Shown here one piece after another: positions 1-7,276 of a stretch of DNA of 64,000 nucleotides. The stretch is from an uncultured Candidatus Saccharibacteria bacterium (GTDB taxonomy: Bacteria > Patescibacteriota > Minisyncoccia > Phycocordibacterales > SW-6-46-9): contig CAZHOI010000001.1 in the NCBI GenBank assembly GCA_964534365.1, positions 188,171-252,170 on the forward strand, in the 5' to 3' direction. Position 1 is the stretch's first letter; each line of letters opens with the position of its first letter. The notes below the pieces were generated by a model. That model saw only the letters and a list, made by a program, of their open reading frames with translations. It had not been told where the DNA came from and searched no databases. The translations under genes were made by a program, and so were the position numbers.

Positions 1-763
1 CTTTTAAGATATGTTGTAATTCTGAACCCATCCAATCAATTCCGGGTACTCCTAAATTCTCTCCCCCATGAACAATGGTCACCTGGGAATGTTTGGTAAC
101 ATTAGGATAGCGACTAGATAGCGGACCGTTAATCATATCTGCTAATTCGGCAGCAACCTCAACCCCCGTTGCACCGCCGCCCACGATAATGAAATGTAGT
201 AGTTTTTTCAGTTCATCAAATTCAGTGGCAAGCTCGGCGTCTTCAAACGATTGAAGGATCCGATTTTTAATTTGTTTGACATCATCCAGGGTTTTAACCG
301 GCAGCGCGAATTCTGCTGCTCCATTCACGCCAAAATAAAATGTTTTGGATCCCAGCGAAGATACAATGTAATCATATTGTCGCACTACATCTTCCTCAAC
401 CGCGTTTGAACTGACGACATCCAGCAATTTCATTTTCACCTCGCCAGCGGTGGCATCAATTGATTGAACGGTGGCCTGAATGTAGTTATCGTAAACTGTA
501 GTGGGCAGCGATCGAACCGGCTGCACCACGTCATCAGGTAATAAATTACCAGTTGCAATTTCATGCGCCATCGTCACTAACCAAAAATAATCAGTTTTGG
601 AGATCATTTCGACATGAAATTTGATATCTTTAGGTAGCTTGCGACGCAGTTTACGCAATTCTAGCGCCGCGTGCATTGCCCCAAATCCAGAACCTAAAAT
701 AGCAATTTTGACCACCTTTTCTTCAGATCTATTATTAAAAGTTAGAGTTTTTATTTCTGACAT
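1..763 (-). CDS. NAD(P)/FAD-dependent oxidoreductase (type II NADH dehydrogenase-like), 3' end outside window
   Basis: Manual minus-strand translation from ATG at 763: MSEIKTLTFNNRSEEKVVKIAILGSGFGAMHAAL... with Rossmann motif and a second IIVGGGATGVEVAAE motif typical of Ndh-2. Confidence 0.8.
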   Translation of the reverse strand, partial: MSEIKTLTFNNRSEEKVVKIAILGSGFGAMHAALELRKLRRKLPKDIKFHVEMISKTDYFWLVTMAHEIATGNLLPDDVVQPVRSLPTTVYDNYIQATVQSIDATAGEVKMKLLDVVSSNAVEEDVVRQYDYIVSSLGSKTFYFGVNGAAEFALPVKTLDDVKQIKNRILQSFEDAELATEFDELKKLLHFIIVGGGATGVEVAAELADMINGPLSSRYPNVTKHSQVTIVHGGENLGVPGIDWMGSELQHILK

Positions 764-853
764 TATTAATTCCAAGTCTAGCAGACAATCATCACGGTGA
801 ATACGTTTTGCCAACTTGAATATATTTTGTTGGCAAGTATGATGATGTAGTTC

Positions 854-891
854 GCTGCCTTAGCTCAGTTGGTAGAGCGCATCCATGGTAA
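854..891 (+). pseudogene. 5' half of host tRNA-Thr(GGT), disrupted at anticodon loop (attL)
   Basis: GCTGCCTTAGCTCAGTTGGTAGAGCGCATCCATGGTAA followed by unrelated sequence; joins seamlessly to 7185-7222. Confidence 0.9.
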
Positions 892-1003
892 TAAGTAGAT
901 AGTACTTAAAAACTAAGGATACGGCTTAAACCAAAGCTATTAGTAAGGTTGCAAGAGAGACATCGGCCTACTCTTGTGTAAAACAGGTCGGCGGATATCA
1001 TTC

Positions 1004-1076
1004 GCTGCTTTAGCTCAGTTGGTAGAGCGCGTCCATGGTAAGGACGAGGTCAACAGTTCAATTCTGTTAAGCAGCT
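1004..1076 (+). tRNA. tRNA-Thr(GGT), intact, element-borne
   Basis: Full cloverleaf: acceptor GCTGCTT/AAGCAGC, anticodon stem CGTCC/GGACG with loop ATGGTAA, T stem AACAG/CTGTT; no encoded CCA. Confidence 0.93.
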
Positions 1077-1114
1077 CAACTAAAAATCACAGGCTTGTAG
1101 GTAAACAACAAGCA

Positions 1115-2005
1115 ATGACAAACATACAAACACTGGCACGCCAGTTCTACGATTACTCTACGTTTATACGTGGGTACTCACCAATAACAATAAAGCGTTA
1201 TCGGCAAGTGATTAACTTTTATTGCAAGCACTTTGACATTATAAATATCGAAGACGTAACAGAGAAAAACGTTAAGCAACTATTCGTGTTCGGTAGGTCT
1301 GAACGTAGTTGGTCAGCTAATAGCTACATTATCTATCAAAAGTCACTACTAGTGTTTTTTAGATGGTGTGTAACTAATGGTTACATGGCAACTAACTTTG
1401 CTGAACAAATCGAACTACCAAAATTAAGTAAACGGTTACCACCCAAGCTCACAAAACAGTCTGCTCAACAATTGCTACTTGTTATACAAAATTATCCTTA
1501 TGACTATCCATATCTGCGATATCGTAATCATGCAATCTTCGCTACCTTTCTATTTGCTGGGCTACGTAAGAGCGAGTTATTAAATCTTAAACTTAGTGAC
1601 GTAGACTTAGAAAATATGACGATTATGGTACGCCAAGGCAAGGGCTCTAAAGACCGTATCATTCCAATAAATTACACATTAATGCAGATACTTGAAGAAT
1701 ACTTGGTACATCGTAAGAGATTACGCAAAACATGTCCTGAATTCTTCACTTCGCTTAATAGAAATTTAGGTTTAACTGCTAGTGGACTTAAGTGGGTTGT
1801 TAAAACAGTTAGAAAGGCTACTAAAATACAGTTTACAATCCATAAGTTGCGACATACGTTTGCAACATTAATGTTAGAGGGCGGTTGCGACATCTACTCC
1901 TTGTCCAAAATGATGGGTCATAGCGACATAAAAACAACAACTATATATCTAGCGGCAAGTGCTGAGCACTTGAGGTCGCAGGTTACAAAGCACCCACTAT
2001 CATAA
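1115..2005 (+). CDS. tyrosine-type recombinase/integrase
   Basis: Catalytic motifs GLRKSE, GKGSK, HKLRH, MGHS, TTIY; start set at MTNIQ (1115) because the upstream extension overlaps the tRNA. Confidence 0.92.
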   Translation: MTNIQTLARQFYDYSTFIRGYSPITIKRYRQVINFYCKHFDIINIEDVTEKNVKQLFVFGRSERSWSANSYIIYQKSLLVFFRWCVTNGYMATNFAEQIELPKLSKRLPPKLTKQSAQQLLLVIQNYPYDYPYLRYRNHAIFATFLFAGLRKSELLNLKLSDVDLENMTIMVRQGKGSKDRIIPINYTLMQILEEYLVHRKRLRKTCPEFFTSLNRNLGLTASGLKWVVKTVRKATKIQFTIHKLRHTFATLMLEGGCDIYSLSKMMGHSDIKTTTIYLAASAEHLRSQVTKHPLS

Positions 2006-2049
2006 AAAAGTCACTTATAATAAGATATAATTTCTTAAAGATACTTATT

Positions 2050-3153
2050 ATGAGTAAGATAACTCAGATAAATAAAGAAAACTTCAAGATAGCACGTAAA
2101 AATGCTGGTTTTTCTACTGTCGAAGCATCAAAAAAAGTTACGACATCAAAAAAAAATCTGGTTGAAGAATGGGAAAAAGGTGGCTCTACCCCAACTTGGA
2201 AGCAAGCCGAGACATTGTCGCGTATTTATAACGTTCCATTAGTATTAATGATGTCTAATAAAAGTTTATCTGTACAAAGAGAAATTCCAGACTTCAGAAG
2301 TAATATTAAAGAAATGAGTCTGCCTTTAAAGAGATATATCAACGATTTACTAAAGACTCAAAAGTGGTTAGAGAATAAAATCCAACAAGCAGACGGTTTA
2401 CAAAATTCAATTCAAGGTATTGCTTCAGCAACAGACTCTGTAGATGAATTAAGTAAAATTATTGCTGATAAACTGCAACTAGAGCTCGAATATTTTTACA
2501 GTATTGGCAGTGCGAAGAATAAATTACTTTATTTGATTGAGCGACTCGAAGATAAAGATGTATTTGTCGGCAAAACTTTTGCTCATTATGATATTCCTGT
2601 TAAAGAAATGAGAGGTATGTTTATTTCCAATAAGTATGCACCTATGATTATATTGAATAGAAAAGATGCATACACTGCGCAGTTGTTTACACTCGTCCAT
2701 GAAATCACGCATCTTTTCCGAAATACAGAAGGTGTTTCAAATATAGAACTTGCTAGGAAAGAAACTTTAAAAGAAGAGCGCTTATGTAACGAAGTTGCCG
2801 CCAAGATACTAATGCCAGAAAGTTTTTTGCCGAAAAGTAAGGTTGACTTAAATCAGTTAAAACAGTTAGCAAATAAATTGACCGTCAGTCCAATAGCAAT
2901 GTTTTATAGACTAAAAAACTCAAATAGAATTGCAGGTGAAGTAGATAAGGTGTTGGAAAAAGTAAAGCTTGAGACAAAGCAAAACCTAGAAGCAAAAGAA
3001 GCCAAGGGTTCTACAGGCGGTAACTACTATAACAATACTAAAGACTCTAATGGCACATTGCTAAACAGGTTCGTATCCTCGCTTTACTTTAATCAAGAGA
3101 TTAATTTCGTCGAAGCCTCGAATATTTTAAGACTAGCTGTAAATAAAGTATGA
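2050..3153 (+). CDS. XRE-HTH + ImmA/IrrE (peptidase M78) metallo-endopeptidase
   Basis: N-terminal HTH (ARKNAGFS...WEKGGSTPT), FTLVHEITHL HExxH motif, EERLCNEVAAKILMP. Confidence 0.85.
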   Translation: MSKITQINKENFKIARKNAGFSTVEASKKVTTSKKNLVEEWEKGGSTPTWKQAETLSRIYNVPLVLMMSNKSLSVQREIPDFRSNIKEMSLPLKRYINDLLKTQKWLENKIQQADGLQNSIQGIASATDSVDELSKIIADKLQLELEYFYSIGSAKNKLLYLIERLEDKDVFVGKTFAHYDIPVKEMRGMFISNKYAPMIILNRKDAYTAQLFTLVHEITHLFRNTEGVSNIELARKETLKEERLCNEVAAKILMPESFLPKSKVDLNQLKQLANKLTVSPIAMFYRLKNSNRIAGEVDKVLEKVKLETKQNLEAKEAKGSTGGNYYNNTKDSNGTLLNRFVSSLYFNQEINFVEASNILRLAVNKV

Positions 3154-3647
3154 ATACCGAACAAAAAGGTTTTAAGTACGTCATAGACACTAATTACTTA
3201 ATAGGTTTTTCAATATGGCTACCAGTGACTTATAATGAAAATTTTTGGAATAATCTTGAAATTTTGGTAGAGAGTGGAAAAGTACTAATTTTAGACGTAG
3301 TAGCTAATGAGGTTACACGTAAAGGTGACCTAAAAACATGGTGCAAGAAGTTAAAACAAAAAAATCTTTTAACTTCAATTGAAAACACCGACAGAAATAG
3401 AGCTATTGAAATAAACAATCTTTACCCAATGATTGATGAAACCTCAGGAAATTCAGAGGTTGATACATACATAGTTGCTTTTTCTGAAAGGACTTCTCAC
3501 ACATTACTGAGTAGAGAGGCTCCAAGGAAATCAAGTAACGTTCCGTTCAAAATTCCAGATGTATGTAATAAATTAAATATCAACACAATACGGTGGCCTG
3601 AAGATTTTTATAGTATCTTCCCCGAGTTATTTAGTACGTGCAATTAG
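3150..3647 (+). CDS. DUF4411 family PIN-like domain protein
   Basis: YVIDTNYLI, D-x-Y-I-V-A, KIPDVC motifs; 4-bp overlap with the peptidase gene. Confidence 0.8.
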   Translation: MNTEQKGFKYVIDTNYLIGFSIWLPVTYNENFWNNLEILVESGKVLILDVVANEVTRKGDLKTWCKKLKQKNLLTSIENTDRNRAIEINNLYPMIDETSGNSEVDTYIVAFSERTSHTLLSREAPRKSSNVPFKIPDVCNKLNINTIRWPEDFYSIFPELFSTCN

Positions 3648-4150
3648 ATGCAAGCTTTAGCAATTTCACCATTTTGATAAACAAACAAATTTACTCGATT
3701 CCCACTTGGAATAGCTGACCTGGCACTATCTTTTAAAACTTGGCAATAACTATCAATGGCAACTTGGTTAGCTTGAGACATGACATAAGCTTCCACAATT
3801 ACACCATCATCGCCTTTCTTTACAATCACATTAGACCAACGACCTTCTGCCCAGCCGTCTAAATCTGCTTGTAGCTCATCGATATCAGCTTGAGTTATAG
3901 CAATAGTAGCAGGTGCAGTATTACTTACATTAGGCGGCAAATTAGTAGCTGATTGTGTGAGACTATCATCGCGAGAGTCGTTATTTGAAGCTAAGGTTAT
4001 TGATATAACAATCACTACAAAAATGAACCAAAGAATTGTTTTGATTGGATGTCTAGCAATATACGAGCGCTGACTTGAACCACAATTGGGACACTTAGTC
4101 GCTTTCTTGTTAATCTGCTCCTTACATTCTCTACATTCCTTAGTATCCAT
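3644..4150 (-). CDS. zinc-ribbon membrane protein
   Basis: CRECKEQINKKATKCPNCG followed by a TM helix; start set at MDTKEC. Confidence 0.7.
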   Translation of the reverse strand: MDTKECRECKEQINKKATKCPNCGSSQRSYIARHPIKTILWFIFVVIVISITLASNNDSRDDSLTQSATNLPPNVSNTAPATIAITQADIDELQADLDGWAEGRWSNVIVKKGDDGVIVEAYVMSQANQVAIDSYCQVLKDSARSAIPSGNRVNLFVYQNGEIAKACI

Positions 4151-4574
4151 AATTAAATTGTTAGTTAGTAACTGGTGTAAGGATTGTAGAAAGCACAAAA
4201 CCCGCAACCAGGTGAGCCGAAGCTCATACGACAGTTTCCCATCGCAACATTAGACACGCCCTGATTACGGGGTTTCTGTGTCTAATGATTTGCAACCATG
4301 CCGACTCTATCGAGGAGGGTTAGGTTGGTAGGTCTATTTTACACCAAAATTTGTCCACTATCCTTGGAACACACAAAAACTAGTTAGCAGGACATTAGCA
4401 GGATAAAGTCAATCTAGAGGACTATTTAAAAACACAAAACAGTAGAAGTAACAGAGAAAGTTTTTAATTTTATGTACCTATTCTTATATGGCAAAAATAA
4501 TAAATAATAGTAAAAAAACGGTAGGAAAACCATAAATACAGTTTTTAACTAAACTAACATGGTACATTTTACAT

Positions 4575-5240
4575 ATGAGTAAGAAACAGCCTTTGAGTAT
4601 TTACTTTGAGAAGCTAGTAGTGAAAAACCAATTTTTAGATGATTTGAAAGAGCTGAACAAATTTCATCAATCAAAACTCAGCCAATTTCAGTCAAATGAG
4701 TTACGGTCAATGTTTGCAGATATTGGTCGAGGTAGAGAATATTGGAGTAAAGTATTTATGATATGTTCTAAGTACGGATTAAATGTTAATCAATTCAAAA
4801 TCATAATATCTAAACTAGCCACTGAAAGTAATTATGATTACAAAGACGATTTAGCGCACATAAGCAACATTAAACTATTAGACTTACAATCTATAAAGAA
4901 AATAATAAAGAAAAAGTTCAATTACAGTAATGAAGCGACATATATTGAAAACGACTATCGGGCGTTTATCGGCCTAAGTAATAATACCACTAAAGCAGAG
5001 CTAATAGATTACATTGAAAAGAATTATCATTCTAAGATTAAACCTTTAATCAGTAATAAAAAAGTAAGCTTTAAAAATCTACAATTAGAAAGAAACAGTG
5101 AGTTAAAGAATTTTGTTTGGAAAAACCAAGATATGCCTCATAAGGAATTGGCTAAAAAAGTCAGTAAAAAGTTCAATAAGATTTGTACTCCTGGATATAT
5201 TTCAAAAATGCTTTCAAGATTAAGAAAACAACGTGATTGA
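4575..5240 (+). CDS. hypothetical protein with possible C-terminal HTH
   Basis: 221 aa ORF; C-terminal HKELAKKV...PGYISKMLSRLRK. Confidence 0.55.
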   Translation: MSKKQPLSIYFEKLVVKNQFLDDLKELNKFHQSKLSQFQSNELRSMFADIGRGREYWSKVFMICSKYGLNVNQFKIIISKLATESNYDYKDDLAHISNIKLLDLQSIKKIIKKKFNYSNEATYIENDYRAFIGLSNNTTKAELIDYIEKNYHSKIKPLISNKKVSFKNLQLERNSELKNFVWKNQDMPHKELAKKVSKKFNKICTPGYISKMLSRLRKQRD

Positions 5241-5314
5241 AATATGACAAAATAAACTCCAAAAATTGTCAGTATTTCACACAATTTATTTCATATAGTT
5301 GTAGCTACCAACTT

Positions 5315-6247
5315 ATGAAAGACAAAGACCTATATAAATTATTCGATGAATATATAAAAGAATGTACCTATGTAGCTCGCATGCGACCAGCTACCTTAAC
5401 AGGATATAAACAGGTGTTTGATACATTTATGAAGATTATGCCTGAGGTAAAAAAGGTAGATGATTTAATACCTGAGCTAATTACAGAATTCTTTACGCGC
5501 ATGCAGACAAGGACTAGACATTTAAACAACGGTCAAACCCGTTCTGGAATGAAACAATCCTCTGTTGTTACTTATAGAAGCAAGCTACATTCGTTTTTCA
5601 AATGGTTAAACACTAAAAATATCTTAGAAACCAATCCTTTTGACATGTTACCTAAGCCTGAATGGCCAGTGCATGAAGACCAAAGAGCCTTAGATACAAA
5701 AGAAGTTAATCAAATATTGGGTGCGATTTTAAATAATGACAACGACTTTATAATTTGTAGAGATACAGCACTTTTCTATACTTTACTTTACACAGGTATT
5801 AGAAAAAACGAACTAATAAACTTGAGTCTCTCTGATATTGATTTATTAAACCTGAGTTTAAGGGTTAAAGCTGAAACTTCTAAATCCAAAAGAGAACGCA
5901 TAATACCGATTAATAAGGTTTTAGCTCATAAATTAACTACGTATCTAGCAATGCGCAACAAGTTTAGTATTAAATCTGAGAAACTCTGGGTCTCTCATCA
6001 ATCAAAACAAAAACTAACTTCACATGGTCTAAAACATATAGTGGCAAAGTATGTTCATCTATCAGGCGTTAAGTTTCACCTACATCGTTTTCGACATACG
6101 TTTGCGTGTCAGCTGCATTTGGCAGGTGCATCAATTACTGAGATACAGCGTTTATTGGGCCATAAGAAAGTAACAATGACTATGTTGTATCTAAGGTCGA
6201 TAGATACAAAAGATGCTACTTGTCATATTAACAAGCTAACTTATTAG
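5315..6247 (+). CDS. second tyrosine-type recombinase/integrase
   Basis: TGIRKNE, TSKSK, HRFRH, LGHK, TMLY motifs; start set at MKDKD. Confidence 0.92.
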   Translation: MKDKDLYKLFDEYIKECTYVARMRPATLTGYKQVFDTFMKIMPEVKKVDDLIPELITEFFTRMQTRTRHLNNGQTRSGMKQSSVVTYRSKLHSFFKWLNTKNILETNPFDMLPKPEWPVHEDQRALDTKEVNQILGAILNNDNDFIICRDTALFYTLLYTGIRKNELINLSLSDIDLLNLSLRVKAETSKSKRERIIPINKVLAHKLTTYLAMRNKFSIKSEKLWVSHQSKQKLTSHGLKHIVAKYVHLSGVKFHLHRFRHTFACQLHLAGASITEIQRLLGHKKVTMTMLYLRSIDTKDATCHINKLTY

Positions 6248-6307
6248 CAGTAAAAAGCGTGCTCGCGTTCACTTTTCTACATAAGTCAATTAGTATATAG
6301 CCATAAT

Positions 6308-6988
6308 ATGGTTATGAGTGATATTAAAAAATTACTAATTGAAACAGTTAAAGAGAATGGAATTGATATAGCATCTGATACATTAAAAGTTGTTAGTACT
6401 GTTGCTAACATTTATGGCAAAGTAAAGCGAACTCGAATTAAGATGTTCCTTAATTGCATTATAAGCTTTGTGAATGAGTTAACAGCCGAAGATAAAGAGC
6501 TTTTCATAGAATATGTAAACAGTGATGAAGGTCGGCAATTACTAACTGACTTTATAGATAGCGCATTACGCGTCTCAAATACAATACCGATGAGCGCTTT
6601 AGCATTACTTTTTGCTGACTATAACAGTATGGAATATGGCTTAAATGCCAAATACCATGGAATACGTGTACTTCCGAAGATGAATAATAAGGACGCTATT
6701 TTGTACTCTAAACTTATATCCGGAAGTTCAATATATGAAAATGCTCTAACAGAAATTGATAGTGATGAAACAGTCCCTTATGACACATATATCACATCTC
6801 TTCCCGTAAACGTACAAACTAAGAAATTGTTTATAGATATCAAAAAATTACAAAGCGAAGGCATTATATTAGATGACCCATTCAACGCTAGGATGGCAGG
6901 TGAAGAACTAACAATTGTTTACGGTCTTTCCGATAAAATGTATAGATTAGGGCGGGTGATAAGTATAGCAATTGAGATTAGTAATTAA
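6308..6988 (+). CDS. hypothetical cargo protein
   Basis: 226 aa ORF, no recognised motif. Confidence 0.6.
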   Translation: MVMSDIKKLLIETVKENGIDIASDTLKVVSTVANIYGKVKRTRIKMFLNCIISFVNELTAEDKELFIEYVNSDEGRQLLTDFIDSALRVSNTIPMSALALLFADYNSMEYGLNAKYHGIRVLPKMNNKDAILYSKLISGSSIYENALTEIDSDETVPYDTYITSLPVNVQTKKLFIDIKKLQSEGIILDDPFNARMAGEELTIVYGLSDKMYRLGRVISIAIEISN

Positions 6989-7177
6989 TTATTGATGGCA
7001 ACTTCTGTTATAATGATAGTACTGGGTTACAGCATTAATCAGTAAAAAACTAATAGCCTGTGATTGAGGACATTGGTTGTTAAATAGGTAGTTACATCTG
7101 CTTAGTTAAAACAGCTGATTTGCTCACAAAACCCTTATTTATAGCTCCCTTTTGTCGGAAAGGCCTATGTCCACTTA

Positions 7178-7222
7178 ATGGTAAGGATGAGGTCGACAGT
7201 TCAATTCTGTCAGGCAGCTCCA
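7178..7222 (+). pseudogene. 3' half of host tRNA-Thr(GGT) including CCA (attR)
   Basis: ATGGTAAGGATGAGGTCGACAGTTCAATTCTGTCAGGCAGCTCCA; GGATG and AGGCAGC pair with CATCC and GCTGCCT at 854-884. Confidence 0.9.
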
Positions 7223-7276
7223 CTAAATTACACCACAAATATTTAAACCCGTTGGGTGACTGTCACCCTTGTCTCA

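Larger units (their letters stand above)
885..7184. mobile_element. tRNA-Thr-integrated element with two tyrosine recombinases
   Basis: 7-bp direct repeat ATGGTAA at 885-891 and 7178-7184 equals the anticodon loop; split tRNA halves flank it; two integrase ORFs; visibly AT-richer than flanks. Confidence 0.9.

Noticed and set aside
974-1114. N-terminal extension of the integrase ORF from TTG 974
   Set aside because: Runs through the intact tRNA-Thr gene; ATG at 1115 gives a normal integrase length.
892-7177. Group I intron or spliced tRNA explanation for the split tRNA-Thr
   Set aside because: No recognisable group I core; the insert has a duplicated 7-bp core and integrases, fitting DNA integration.
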